Numbered from the stretch's first letter, positions 30,964-41,564 are shown. The stretch is 64,000 nt of DNA from an uncultured Bacilli bacterium (GCA_944367495.1 CALVWP010000004.1:6202-70201); one strand, 5' to 3'. A program made the numbers and translations. The notes: a model not told the origin generated them from the letters alone.

Positions 30964-31081
30964 ACCTCATTTTTTTGTTTTAAAAAGCAATAACCTCTAG
31001 TTATAAAATTATAAAAAATATATATTTTATTTTTCAAGGGTTGCTAGATAAAATATGATTTAACAAAGGAGGGTTTAATAA

Positions 31082-32587
31082 ATGAAATTAGTAAATCCGA
31101 CTATTAAATACAAAGAAACATATTTAAATTTAATTAAAGCCGCACAAAAAAACGGCGATATCAATGAAATGGGTAATGCCTACCGCGAAAATGAAAATTT
31201 TGATGATATGCTTAAACGTTTAAAAGATCGCGCTAGAGGAAAAAACATTTCAAAACTTGATGTTCCATCATCGATGAAATGGGTAATTGAAAACAATGAA
31301 GTAGTTGGCACCATTGATTTGAGGCACATTTTAAACAAAAGTTATTTTGAAAGACTTGGTCACGTTGCTTATTACATTCATCCTAAAAAAAGAAAAAAAG
31401 GTTATGCCACTAAAGCTTTAAACTTAGCCATTAAGTGGTATAAAAAAATGCCAATTAATAAAATTTTAATCACCTGTTATAGTGATAATGAAGCTTCTAA
31501 AAAAGTTATTTTAAATAATGGTGGTGTTTTAGAAAAAACAGTTCAAGATAAACAAAGTGGTAAAACTATCAATCGTTATTTAATAGATATAAGTGATAAA
31601 ATTTTTCCAAGAGTTGCTTGGCTTACGACAAATAGAAGTTGTAATTGTAAATGTGCATGGTGCTATGCTAATGACTATAAAGGAAAAAAAGCTACAATGG
31701 ACTACAATTTAGCCAAAAAATATATAAAAGAATTACCAAAAATTGGTGTTAGAAAAGTTATTTTAATTGGTGGAGAGCCTACTATATATAAAGAAATTAC
31801 TAAAATTATAAAAAAGCTTGCCGATGAGAGAATCACTGTTTCTATGGCCAGTAATGGAATAAAGTTTTCGGATTATAAATTTGCCGAATCATTAGTCTCA
31901 GCAGGACTTAAAAACGTAAATATTTCTTTAAAAGGAACTAATGAAGAAGAATATTTAAAAAGCACTCTAGTATATGGTTTAAAAAAAGCTATTAAAGGTT
32001 ATCACAATTTAAAAAAATTAGGAGCAAACGTCAGTCTTTCATATGTCCTTTGTACAAACGATAAAACCAAAATAGATGAATTGTTAAATTTAATTGAAAA
32101 AAACAAATTAAATAACATTTCTTTCCAATTTTATAAACCATCAATTTTTACAAATGATTATAATACACCTACAATCGATGATTTGGTATCGATTTGTTCA
32201 TATGTATATGATAAATTTGAAAATAGAAATATTAATTACTCTATCGAAATGTCATTACCGCTTTGTCATTTGCCAGATGATTTACTAAATAATTTAATTA
32301 AGAAAAATCGAATTTCTACTTGTTGTCATATTAGTAAAGGTAAAGGCTTAGTTTTCGATACTAATTTTAATATTCTACCTTGTAATCATTTCTTAAACAT
32401 TTCTTTAAATACCAATCCAATAAAACCAAATCAAATAGTTGATTTTTGGAACTCCGCAATACCAAGTGAATTTAGAAAAAAAGTTAATACCTACCCTAAT
32501 GATAAATGCCGTAAATGTGATAAATGGAAAATTTGTGGTGGTGGCTGTTTCTTAAGATTAATTTCACCAAAAAACGAAAGGGGGTGA
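31082..32587 (+). CDS. Fusion protein: N-terminal GNAT N-acetyltransferase, radical SAM core and C-terminal SPASM domain (putative peptide-modifying maturase)
   Basis: 501 aa. GNAT motifs (RHILNKSYFERLGHVAYYIHPKKRKKGYATKAL). The rSAM CX3CX2C is CNCKCAWC, followed by a GGEPT SAM-binding motif. The SPASM motif CX2CX5CX3C is CRKCDKWKICGGGC, with additional upstream Cys. Confidence 0.85.
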   Translation: MKLVNPTIKYKETYLNLIKAAQKNGDINEMGNAYRENENFDDMLKRLKDRARGKNISKLDVPSSMKWVIENNEVVGTIDLRHILNKSYFERLGHVAYYIHPKKRKKGYATKALNLAIKWYKKMPINKILITCYSDNEASKKVILNNGGVLEKTVQDKQSGKTINRYLIDISDKIFPRVAWLTTNRSCNCKCAWCYANDYKGKKATMDYNLAKKYIKELPKIGVRKVILIGGEPTIYKEITKIIKKLADERITVSMASNGIKFSDYKFAESLVSAGLKNVNISLKGTNEEEYLKSTLVYGLKKAIKGYHNLKKLGANVSLSYVLCTNDKTKIDELLNLIEKNKLNNISFQFYKPSIFTNDYNTPTIDDLVSICSYVYDKFENRNINYSIEMSLPLCHLPDDLLNNLIKKNRISTCCHISKGKGLVFDTNFNILPCNHFLNISLNTNPIKPNQIVDFWNSAIPSEFRKKVNTYPNDKCRKCDKWKICGGGCFLRLISPKNERG

Positions 32588-32591
32588 AAAT

Positions 32592-32738
32592 ATGGACGCT
32601 TTAAAATTTGTTAATCAATTTTATAAAAGTACAGATGTTGAAGCCGATTTAACACAAGGAATCAAAAGCATATCAGCCAATGACTTAGATTGTAACTGTG
32701 TAGATGGTGACTGCTCTACTGAAACTTATGAATATTAA
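32592..32738 (+). CDS. Candidate RiPP precursor peptide (48 aa) with a Cys/Asp-rich C-terminal core
   Basis: ATG 4 nt after the maturase stop, with an AAAGGGGG RBS. Sequence MDALKFVNQFYKSTDVEADLTQGIKSISANDLDCNCVDGDCSTETYEY. A terminator follows. Shorter than 60 aa, so absent from the ORF track. Confidence 0.6.
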   Translation: MDALKFVNQFYKSTDVEADLTQGIKSISANDLDCNCVDGDCSTETYEY

Positions 32739-32755
32739 ATAAAATTGATTTTTAA

Positions 32756-32779
32756 GGACTGTTATTCAGCAGTCTTTTT
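32756..32779 (+). terminator. Rho-independent terminator after the precursor peptide gene
   Basis: GACTG...CAGTC hairpin followed by TTTTT. Confidence 0.5.
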
Positions 32780-32836
32780 AAATTTTTAAAAAAAGGGAAA
32801 TAAATGATATAATTAATTCAAACGGAGGTTTTGTAT

Positions 32837-33670
32837 ATGGAATATTCTCCAAAAAAAATAAAAGAGCAGTTAAATCAAACAAATTTTAATTTTAAAAAAA
32901 AGTTTGGACAAAACTTTATTGTTGATAAAAACGTTATCCACAGTATAATTTCCAAATCAGCAATTGATAAAGACACTTTAGTAATTGAAATAGGACCGGG
33001 AGCCGGCTCATTAACGACCGAATTAGATAAAGTAGCAGGCCATGTTTTAGCATACGAAATTGATGTTACTTTAAAACCTATTTTGGAAAAGCAAAATTTA
33101 ACTAATACTACTATAATTTATGAAGATTTTCTAAAAAGAAACATTGAAAAAGATTTAAAAAAATATAATTATAAAAAAGCATACGTCGTGGCCAATCTGC
33201 CCTACTATATCACCACCCCAATTATTATTAAATTAATAGAAGATAAATTAAATATCGATAAAATAGTTGTTATGGTTCAAAAAGAAGTTGGCAATAGATT
33301 TAAAGCCAAACCAAACACCAAAGAATATAATTCCCTTTCAATCTTTTTGAACTATTACTATACTGTGGAAAAACTTTTAGATGTTAGTAAAAACGTCTTT
33401 ATTCCAAAACCCAATGTCGATAGCATAGTAGTATCATTTGTAAAAAAAGAAACCAAAATCAAAGTAGATAATGAACAAATTTTCTTTAAATTAGTTAAGG
33501 ATTCTTTTAAACAAAAAAGAAAAACTTTAAAAAATAATTTAAAAGACTATAACCTAGAAATAATTGAAGAAGTTTTAAAAAAACATAATCTTGATTTAAA
33601 TGTAAGAGCTGAAGCACTACCAATCGAAATATTTGCTGAAATAGCTAATAATCTAAATAAAAAAATGTAA
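32837..33670 (+). CDS. rsmA: 16S rRNA (adenine1518/1519-N6)-dimethyltransferase
   Basis: FKKKFGQNFI motif, SAM-binding EIGPGAG. Start set to the ATG 8 nt after a GGAGG RBS (the track starts at a TTG at 32831). Confidence 0.93.
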   Translation: MEYSPKKIKEQLNQTNFNFKKKFGQNFIVDKNVIHSIISKSAIDKDTLVIEIGPGAGSLTTELDKVAGHVLAYEIDVTLKPILEKQNLTNTTIIYEDFLKRNIEKDLKKYNYKKAYVVANLPYYITTPIIIKLIEDKLNIDKIVVMVQKEVGNRFKAKPNTKEYNSLSIFLNYYYTVEKLLDVSKNVFIPKPNVDSIVVSFVKKETKIKVDNEQIFFKLVKDSFKQKRKTLKNNLKDYNLEIIEEVLKKHNLDLNVRAEALPIEIFAEIANNLNKKM

Positions 33671-33746
33671 AGTTTCATAAATAGTAAATAAATTTATAAA
33701 TAAAAATTATAAAAATGTTAAAATAAAATTAAAAGGGAGTGATTAA

Positions 33747-34373
33747 ATGAATATTGAAAAAAATGAAACACAAATTGATAAACCTACAAACTTAGAAATA
33801 TATAATGATGGTCAACTATATTTAATCGTTGACTTAGAAAGCACAAATATGAATGAATTAATTGAAAGCCTAAAACAAACATATGATGAAAATACTATAA
33901 ATAATGCTTTAATATATAATTTAAATCAAATAGCTGAAAGATTAAATTATATTGACGAAGTAGCTTTAGGAAAAACAGGATTGATTGCTACAAAAGGTAG
34001 CGATGACACATTACATTTTAATAAAAAATCAAAAGAAGACGTTACTGAGAATTTTAATATTCAACCTATAAATAAAAATGAATATGTTATACAACCAAAC
34101 CCTCAAGGTGGCTATGATTTGCTTTTAGGTGGAGTTGGATTAGGTGCTCACGAAATAATTGATTTAATAAATGAATTAAAGCTTAAAGGAATTGTTCCTG
34201 TAAGCGCTGAAGTAACTCCACATATTAATGGAGAGATAGATATGGCAAAGATAAATGAAAATGCTCAAAGATTTACCGACGAAAGATTAGAAAATAATTA
34301 TGACATGTCAGTAAACTCATATTGCGAGATAGGATTAAACCCATCAGAAGAAGATCATCACAAAACAAGATAA
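33747..34373 (+). CDS. Hypothetical protein (208 aa)
   Basis: Intact ORF with a Gly-rich segment GGYDLLLGGVGLGAH. No family recognised. Confidence 0.4.
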   Translation: MNIEKNETQIDKPTNLEIYNDGQLYLIVDLESTNMNELIESLKQTYDENTINNALIYNLNQIAERLNYIDEVALGKTGLIATKGSDDTLHFNKKSKEDVTENFNIQPINKNEYVIQPNPQGGYDLLLGGVGLGAHEIIDLINELKLKGIVPVSAEVTPHINGEIDMAKINENAQRFTDERLENNYDMSVNSYCEIGLNPSEEDHHKTR

Positions 34374-34461
34374 AAGCCCAATAAATTATAAGGTATTTTA
34401 TCTTTTTCTTTTTTTTTACAAGGAAAAATGTTACAATATACCCAAAAGAGGTGCACTAATA

Positions 34462-35127
34462 ATGATTAATAAAAAATGGGATGAAATTTTAAAAGATGAA
34501 TTTCAAAAACCCTACTTTAAAAAATTAGGTGTTTTTGTTAAAAATGAATATGGGAAAAAGATTGTTTACCCTGAATATAAAAACATTTTTAATGCTTTAA
34601 GATTTACAGATTATGATGAAGTAAAAGTAGTTATATTAGGTCAAGATCCATATCATGGTCCAAAAGAGGCCCACGGACTATCATTTTCCGTAGAAGAAGG
34701 AGTCAAAAGACCGCCATCATTAGATAATATTTTTAAAGAACTAAAAAATGATTTAGGAGTAACTAGAAATAACAACAATTTAACCGATTGGGCTAAACAA
34801 GGAGTTTTCTTACTTAACTCTATTATGACAGTCGTCAAAGATACTCCCCTATCACATAAAGATAAAGGATGGGAAACATTTACTGATAATTTAATTAAAC
34901 TATTAAATCAAAGAGAAAAACCAATTGTCTTCATTTTGTGGGGAAGTTATGCTAGAAGTAAAAAAGTTTTAATTACTAATCCTAACCATTATATTGTGGA
35001 AAGTCATCACCCATCTCCCCTATCTGCTCATCGAGGTTTTTTTGGAAGTAAGCCATTTTCCAAAACCAACAACTTTTTAGTTAGCCATGGAATTACACCA
35101 ATCAAATGGGGTGATGAAGATGAATGA
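34462..35127 (+). CDS. ung: Uracil-DNA glycosylase (family 1)
   Basis: 221 aa. Motifs VVILGQDPYHGP and HPSPLS. Confidence 0.93.
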   Translation: MINKKWDEILKDEFQKPYFKKLGVFVKNEYGKKIVYPEYKNIFNALRFTDYDEVKVVILGQDPYHGPKEAHGLSFSVEEGVKRPPSLDNIFKELKNDLGVTRNNNNLTDWAKQGVFLLNSIMTVVKDTPLSHKDKGWETFTDNLIKLLNQREKPIVFILWGSYARSKKVLITNPNHYIVESHHPSPLSAHRGFFGSKPFSKTNNFLVSHGITPIKWGDEDE

Positions 35128-36448
35128 TATTTTAGAAAAATTAAAAAAAGAAATTTCAAATAATTCCACCATTATCATTGCTACATCAGGCGGTCCAGAT
35201 TCTATGGTGTTATTAAATTTACTTTCCACAGTAAAAAAAGAAAAAATTTTAAAATTAGTATGTGCTCATGTCAATCACAAATTAAGAAAAGAAAGTGATA
35301 GCGAAGCTGAAATGGTCAAAAAATACTGTGAAAAAGAAAAAATAACCTTTGAATATATTACTATTGATGAATACAAAGGAAATACTGAAAATTATGCCAG
35401 AGAAAAGCGTTATGATTTTTTTGAACAATTAATAAAAAAATATAATGCTCCCTACCTATTAACAGCTCATCATGGTGATGATTTAATCGAGACAATTATT
35501 ATGCGGTTAATAAGAGGTTCATCTTTAAAAGGTTATTCTGGTTTTAGTGAAGTAACAGAAAAACACAATTATAAAATTATAAGACCATTGATCACCAAAA
35601 CCAAAAGTGATTTATTAAAATATGCTGACGATAATCATATTCCTTATGCTTTAGACAAAACTAATGATAGTGATGTTTTTACAAGAAATCGTATTAGAAA
35701 ATACATTTTACCAAAACTAAAAGACGAAAACAAAAATATACATTTAAAATTTTTAGAATTTAGTAAAACTTTAAATGAAACTGAAGACTATTTTAATCAA
35801 ATATTAGAAAATATCATTCCAAACATTTATCAAAACAAGAAAATAAATGTTCAACTATTTTTAAACCAGCACACCCAAATCCAAAAAAAGATTATTCATT
35901 ATATTTTAAATAAAACATATCAAAATAATATCAGCGCAATAACTGATAAACATGTTAGTAACATTTTAAATGTTTTAAAAAATAACAAACCAAATCAAAA
36001 AATCAATCTTCCTTATAATAAAGTTTTTATAAAATCATATAATAATGCTTGGTTAGAAGAAAGCGAAAAAGTAAAAAAATACGATTTTATTTTAAAAGAA
36101 AAATTAGACTTACCAAACAATTATATAATAGAAATTATTGATAAAATAGATAATAATTCTAATTATATTACTAAGTTAAACTCTAAGGATTTAAAAATGC
36201 CTATTCATGTAAGAAACAGAAAAAAAGGTGATAAATTAACCTTAAAAGGTTCAAATAATACAAAAAAAATTAAAGACATATTCATAAACGAAAAAATACC
36301 ATTAAATGAAAGACAAACATGGCCAATTGTTACTGATAATAATGATGAAATTATTTGGCTCCCTGGCTTAAAAAAAACTAAATTTGATATAGAAAATAAC
36401 CAAAATTATGATATAATAATTAGGTATCGAAAGAAAGGAAGTTTATAA
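35120..36448 (+). CDS. tilS: tRNA(Ile)-lysidine synthetase
   Basis: PP-loop SGGPDSMVL. Start at the ATG 6 nt after a GGGGTGA RBS. Overlaps the ung stop. tilS-ftsH synteny. Confidence 0.9.
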   Translation: MNDILEKLKKEISNNSTIIIATSGGPDSMVLLNLLSTVKKEKILKLVCAHVNHKLRKESDSEAEMVKKYCEKEKITFEYITIDEYKGNTENYAREKRYDFFEQLIKKYNAPYLLTAHHGDDLIETIIMRLIRGSSLKGYSGFSEVTEKHNYKIIRPLITKTKSDLLKYADDNHIPYALDKTNDSDVFTRNRIRKYILPKLKDENKNIHLKFLEFSKTLNETEDYFNQILENIIPNIYQNKKINVQLFLNQHTQIQKKIIHYILNKTYQNNISAITDKHVSNILNVLKNNKPNQKINLPYNKVFIKSYNNAWLEESEKVKKYDFILKEKLDLPNNYIIEIIDKIDNNSNYITKLNSKDLKMPIHVRNRKKGDKLTLKGSNNTKKIKDIFINEKIPLNERQTWPIVTDNNDEIIWLPGLKKTKFDIENNQNYDIIIRYRKKGSL

Positions 36449-38478
36449 TGAATAAAAAAGTTGTTAAAAGAGGACTGTTTCCTTATATATTTCTTATAGT
36501 TTTCTTATTTTGTATGTATGCTTTAGTGGGTACGATGAATACAAAAGTTAATGAAATTACCTATGGTGAATTCATGGAAGCTGTAGAAAACAAAGAAGTA
36601 AAAGAGATAAATGTTGTACCAAATAGTCAAAGCACAGTTTATACTATTAAAGGTAAATTAAAAGATTATGCAGAAAACGAAACATTTTCATTTAATATGC
36701 CACTTACCAATGAAACAATGGTTAAATTGTTAGACGCTGAAGATAAATCAGGTTTTAAATTAACAACCTCAACCGATCCAAGTTCTTCTCCATTCCTATT
36801 ATTTTTAATAAATGTTTTACCAATGGTTATTATTGTCGGAGCTGCTTTCTATTTCATCACTAAACAGATGGGTAGTGGTAGTAAATCTATGGACTTTGGT
36901 CGTTCAAAAGCTAGATTAAGTGGCGGAGAAACCAAAGTAACATTTAAAGATGTTGCTGGTCTAGAAGAAGAAAAAGAAGAAATGTCAGAATTAATTGATT
37001 TCTTAAAAAATCCAAAAAAATTCCAAAAAATGGGTGCTAGAATTCCTAAAGGTGTTCTATTAGTAGGCCCTCCAGGAACTGGTAAAACTTTATTAGCCAA
37101 AGCTGTTGCTGGCGAAGCTAATGTTCCATTTTATTTTATAAGTGGTTCAGAATTCGTCGAATTATTCGTCGGTGTTGGTGCATCACGTGTCAGAGATATG
37201 TTTAAACAAGCTAAACAAAGTGCACCATGTCTAGTATTTATTGATGAAATAGATGCTGTTGGTCGTCAAAGAGGTGCCGGATTAGGTGGTGGCCATGACG
37301 AAAGAGAACAAACATTAAACCAATTATTAACCGAGATGGATGGGTTTGGTGCTAATGAAGGTATAATTATTATTGCGGCAACCAACCGTCCAGATGTCTT
37401 AGATCCAGCCCTACTTAGACCGGGAAGATTTGATAGACAAGTAACTGTTAATTACCCAGATGCAAAAGGAAGAGAAGAAATCTTAGCTGTTCATGCTAAA
37501 GGAAAAACTTTCGCTCCAAATGTCACTTTAACTAATATTGCCAAAAGAACAGTTGGCTTTAGTGGAGCTGATTTAGAAAATTTATTAAATGAAGCGGCCT
37601 TACTTACCGTAAGACGAAACAAAAATGCAATAACTATGGCTGAAATAGATGAAGCTCATGATAGAGTATTGATGGGCCCAGCTAAAAAGAGTCATAAATA
37701 TACCGATAAAGAAAAACGCACAGTAGCTTACCATGAAGCTGGCCATGCAGTTGTTGGTATCAAATTAGACGGCGCTAACGACGTTCAAAAAATCACTATC
37801 ATTCCAAGAGGAAGAGCTGGTGGCTATAACTTAATGCTTCCAAAAGAGGAAACTTACTTAAGAACTAAAAAAGAATTATTAGATTCAATCAGTGGTTTCT
37901 TAGCTGGTCGTGTAGCTGAAGAGTTAATGTTTAACGAAGTAACAACAGGTGCTCAAAACGACTTTGAGCAAGCTACAAAAATTGCTAGAGCAATGGTAAC
38001 AGAATATGGTATGAGCGATTTAGGTCCGATTCAATTTGAAGAACAACAGTCAAGTGTCTTCTTAGGTAGAGATTATAATAAAGCTCAAAACTTCTCACAC
38101 GAAGTAGCTAAACAAATTGATGAAGAAGTTAGAAAAATCATTACTAACCAATATGCTGTAACTAAGAAAATCGTTAAAGAAAACATGGATCTATTAAAAT
38201 TAATCGCTGAAACATTACTTGAGTACGAAACAATTACAAAAGAACAAATTGACTACTTAGTAAAAAATGGCAAAATGCCAGAAGATGATATTAAAGCTCA
38301 TGAAGAATTTGAAAAAGCGGTTAAAGAAGAAACTAAAGAAGAAATTAAAACAGCCAAATTAGAAGACTTAACTTTAGATGATTTAAAAGATATAGCTAAA
38401 GAAGAAGGTATTAAAGAATACTATAAATTAAATAAAAAAGAATTAATTGATAAATTAAAAGAAAAACAGGACAAATAA
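36448..38478 (+). CDS. ftsH: ATP-dependent zinc metalloprotease FtsH
   Basis: 676 aa. Two TM segments, AAA motif [14 protein letters not shown] zinc site, acidic C-terminal tail. Confidence 0.97.
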   Translation: MNKKVVKRGLFPYIFLIVFLFCMYALVGTMNTKVNEITYGEFMEAVENKEVKEINVVPNSQSTVYTIKGKLKDYAENETFSFNMPLTNETMVKLLDAEDKSGFKLTTSTDPSSSPFLLFLINVLPMVIIVGAAFYFITKQMGSGSKSMDFGRSKARLSGGETKVTFKDVAGLEEEKEEMSELIDFLKNPKKFQKMGARIPKGVLLVGPPGTGKTLLAKAVAGEANVPFYFISGSEFVELFVGVGASRVRDMFKQAKQSAPCLVFIDEIDAVGRQRGAGLGGGHDEREQTLNQLLTEMDGFGANEGIIIIAATNRPDVLDPALLRPGRFDRQVTVNYPDAKGREEILAVHAKGKTFAPNVTLTNIAKRTVGFSGADLENLLNEAALLTVRRNKNAITMAEIDEAHDRVLMGPAKKSHKYTDKEKRTVAYHEAGHAVVGIKLDGANDVQKITIIPRGRAGGYNLMLPKEETYLRTKKELLDSISGFLAGRVAEELMFNEVTTGAQNDFEQATKIARAMVTEYGMSDLGPIQFEEQQSSVFLGRDYNKAQNFSHEVAKQIDEEVRKIITNQYAVTKKIVKENMDLLKLIAETLLEYETITKEQIDYLVKNGKMPEDDIKAHEEFEKAVKEETKEEIKTAKLEDLTLDDLKDIAKEEGIKEYYKLNKKELIDKLKEKQDK

Positions 38479-38515
38479 GTTCTGTTTTTTGATATAATTA
38501 AATAGGTGATTAAAA

Positions 38516-39904
38516 ATGTATGATGTAATGATTATTGGTGCTGGTCCAGCTGGCTTATTCACAGCTTATGAATTAATAAAAAATAACCAACATTTAAATA
38601 TTTTACTTATCGATGAAGGAAGATTCGCAAGCAAACGTAACTGTCCAATGAAAAAAACTGGAAAATGTATTAACTGCCATCCTTGCAATATTTTATCTGG
38701 TTATGGTGGTGCTGGAACTTTTTCTGATGGGAAATTAAATTTTATTCCTAAATTAGGTAAAAGTGATTTGTTTAAATATATGGATGAAGAGACAGCTAAC
38801 AAACTAATCGATGATTGTGAAAAGATATTTAATGAATTTGGTATGGACAGCAAAATATACCCATCTAATTTAGATGAGGCCAATCAAATAAAAAGTAAAG
38901 TTGCCTTAACAGGTGCAAGATTACTGTTAATCAAACAAAAACATTTAGGAAGTGATAAATTACCAGGTTATATTGATGAGTTTACTACTTACTTAAAAGA
39001 AAAAGGTGTTCATTTATTAGACCAAACCAAGGTTTTAGATGTAAAAAGTATTTCTAAAGATAATCATGAAATAACTTGTCAAACAAAAAATAAAGAAACA
39101 ATATATAAAGGTAAAAAAGTTGTTATTGCTCCTGGTAGAACCGGTGCTAAATGGGTACAAGAACTTGCTGATAAATATAATATTTCTTATCTTTCACAAA
39201 GCATTGAAATTGGTGTTAGAGTTGAAGTAAGAAAAGAAATACTAGAAGATTTATGTAATGTCATTTATGATCCAACAATTTTTATTAAAACAGATACTTA
39301 TAATGATGAAATAAGAACGTTCTGTACTAACCCTGGTGGCTTTGTAGCTAAAGAAAATTATTATGGTTATATTTGTGTCAATGGCCATGCTTTAAAAGAT
39401 GTTAAATCTAATAATAGTAATTTTGCCTTTATTTCTAAAGTAAACTTAACTGAACCAGTAACTAACACTAGAGAATATGGTGAAAGTATTGCTCATATAG
39501 CTAACGTTTTAGGTGATGGTAAACCGATTATTCAAACATTAAAAGACTTAAAACAAGGTCGTCGTAGTAATTGGGGAAGAATAAACAAAGGCTTTATTAC
39601 TCCTACTTTAAAAGATTGTGTTGCCGGTGATTTAGCTTTAGTTTTACCTTATAGAATTATAACTAATATTATTGAAGGATTAGATAAATTAAATGAAATT
39701 ATTCCGGGTGTTAATAATGGTGAAACATTGTTGTATGGTCCTGAAATAAAATTCTTTAGTAATGAAATTGAAACTGACAATCCTTTTAAATTAAAAGATT
39801 ATGATGTCTACTTTATAGGCGATGGTGCTGGTAAAGCGGGAAATATTGTAACAGCTGCTGCTACTGGATTAGTTGCTGCAAGAGATATATTAGCCAAAAA
39901 TTAA
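38516..39904 (+). CDS. FAD-dependent oxidoreductase of the uncharacterised COG2509 dehydrogenase family
   Basis: 462 aa. N-terminal MIIGAGPAGL dinucleotide-binding motif, Cys cluster CPMKKTGKCINCHPC. Confidence 0.7.
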   Translation: MYDVMIIGAGPAGLFTAYELIKNNQHLNILLIDEGRFASKRNCPMKKTGKCINCHPCNILSGYGGAGTFSDGKLNFIPKLGKSDLFKYMDEETANKLIDDCEKIFNEFGMDSKIYPSNLDEANQIKSKVALTGARLLLIKQKHLGSDKLPGYIDEFTTYLKEKGVHLLDQTKVLDVKSISKDNHEITCQTKNKETIYKGKKVVIAPGRTGAKWVQELADKYNISYLSQSIEIGVRVEVRKEILEDLCNVIYDPTIFIKTDTYNDEIRTFCTNPGGFVAKENYYGYICVNGHALKDVKSNNSNFAFISKVNLTEPVTNTREYGESIAHIANVLGDGKPIIQTLKDLKQGRRSNWGRINKGFITPTLKDCVAGDLALVLPYRIITNIIEGLDKLNEIIPGVNNGETLLYGPEIKFFSNEIETDNPFKLKDYDVYFIGDGAGKAGNIVTAAATGLVAARDILAKN

Positions 39905-39943
39905 TTTTTTTGGTTTTTTTGGATTAAAAAAGGCTTATCGCCT

Positions 39944-40432
39944 TTAAATATAATTTACATCAATAGAATGTTTTATAATATGACTTCCATCCGCATAACC
40001 AAGTCCAATTCCCACAATAGGTACAAATCCTTCAGGTAAACTTAATTTTTTTAAAATATTTTTGTTTTCTTTGATTAAACCAATAACTAAATTTAAATAA
40101 ATAGAACCAAGCCCTAAAGCTGTTGCTGCCAGTAACATATTCATCGCCACACAAGCACTGTTTTCTTTATCTAATCCGTGTCCATCATCACGAGCTGAAA
40201 TAATAACCAAGGTTGGAGCATTATAAAAAACACTTCTATCGGTTAAATTACTTATTTCATCTAACAAAATATTATTTTGAATAACTGTAATATGCATATC
40301 TTCATACTTACCTCTACCAACTGGAGCCTGCATCCCAGCTTTTACAATTTTGTTCAAATCACTATTGCTAATTTGTTTATCTAAAAACTTTCTATTAGAA
40401 AAACGTTTTTCAATTGCCTCAAACAATTCCAT
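39944..40432 (-). CDS. Nitroreductase-family protein
   Basis: MELFEAIEKRFSNRKF N-terminus is typical of nitroreductases. Start set at the ATG 8 nt after an AGGAGAG RBS. Confidence 0.8.
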   Translation of the reverse strand: MELFEAIEKRFSNRKFLDKQISNSDLNKIVKAGMQAPVGRGKYEDMHITVIQNNILLDEISNLTDRSVFYNAPTLVIISARDDGHGLDKENSACVAMNMLLAATALGLGSIYLNLVIGLIKENKNILKKLSLPEGFVPIVGIGLGYADGSHIIKHSIDVNYI

Positions 40433-40521
40433 CGCTATCACTCTCCTACTTTAATTATATTACTAAATTGAAATAAATTCTATATGTATGATATAATTTA
40501 TTATAAGGAGGGTTAAAAATA

Positions 40522-41067
40522 ATGGATTATATTAAAGTAGATGTTGCAAATTATGTTAGACAAGGATTAGAAAATAAGACATTAGAGCCAATAGTTGCCG
40601 AGAAGTTCGCACGAATAATTGCTAAACAAGGAAATGTTGGCGATCAAGTTATTTCTTGGAGTGTTGATAGCCAAGGAAACGAAATACAAGAAAAAGTTGA
40701 CCAAGTAAAACTAGATAAAACTACAAATGAACCCGGGTGGATAGTTACCAAAGTAGATGAGAACGGTGAATTAATTGTTGATAATAATGAACATTTGAAC
40801 CAATGGATAATCGAAGACTCAACATTTAAAAAGAAATATGAAGCAGATTTGGAAAACCCTGGATTGTTTAAACCAACGGGAGGACCTCAAGTCTTTGTTC
40901 AAATAAAAGATAACATCATTTTAAATCAATGGGGTTCAGATATGCAAATAGCGGCCGGTGGGTATATTAATATTACTAATCCTAACGATTTATATGGAAT
41001 AAGTCAAAGAGATTTTGAAGATACTTATAAAATTGTAAGTGAATTAAATAAATCAAAACAAAAATAA
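40522..41067 (+). CDS. Hypothetical protein (181 aa), possibly PGDYG-domain-like
   Basis: Intact ORF with a GGAGG-like RBS. The NPNDLYGIS segment is reminiscent of the PGDYG motif. This is a weak call. Confidence 0.4.
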   Translation: MDYIKVDVANYVRQGLENKTLEPIVAEKFARIIAKQGNVGDQVISWSVDSQGNEIQEKVDQVKLDKTTNEPGWIVTKVDENGELIVDNNEHLNQWIIEDSTFKKKYEADLENPGLFKPTGGPQVFVQIKDNIILNQWGSDMQIAAGGYINITNPNDLYGISQRDFEDTYKIVSELNKSKQK

Positions 41068-41130
41068 AGCCTAATTTTCAAAATTATAGTTTTTTAATAT
41101 ATTAGTTAAAAAGATAAAAGGGTTGATAAA

Positions 41131-41466
41131 ATGCGTGAATACTTAGATGATTATATTAAAAAAATTGATAATAAAATAAAAGATAAAAACATTTCTGAAA
41201 AAGATATAGAAAACCATTTAATAAAAATAAATTTTTTTCAGCACGAACGACTCATTCATCTACTAGTAACTTTATTTTATGGATTATTTTTGTTTGTTTC
41301 TGTTTTAATATCATTTAAAACATGGTTGTTTCTAATTATTACATATATTGTGCTAATAGTATTAATATTTTATGTCAGACATTATTTTTTCTTAGAAAAT
41401 CATGTTCAATATTTATATAAGCAGTATGATCAAATGAAAAATATTATTGAAAAAAATGCTAAATAA
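41131..41466 (+). CDS. Hypothetical membrane protein (111 aa)
   Basis: Two predicted TM helices. No family recognised. Confidence 0.4.
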   Translation: MREYLDDYIKKIDNKIKDKNISEKDIENHLIKINFFQHERLIHLLVTLFYGLFLFVSVLISFKTWLFLIITYIVLIVLIFYVRHYFFLENHVQYLYKQYDQMKNIIEKNAK

Positions 41467-41564
41467 AATAAGGCATTTTTTAATATATATCTTTTTACCA
41501 TAGATTTATTTTATATGTTGTGTTAAAATGTATATAGCTATAAATGTAGAAAATGGTGGTATAA

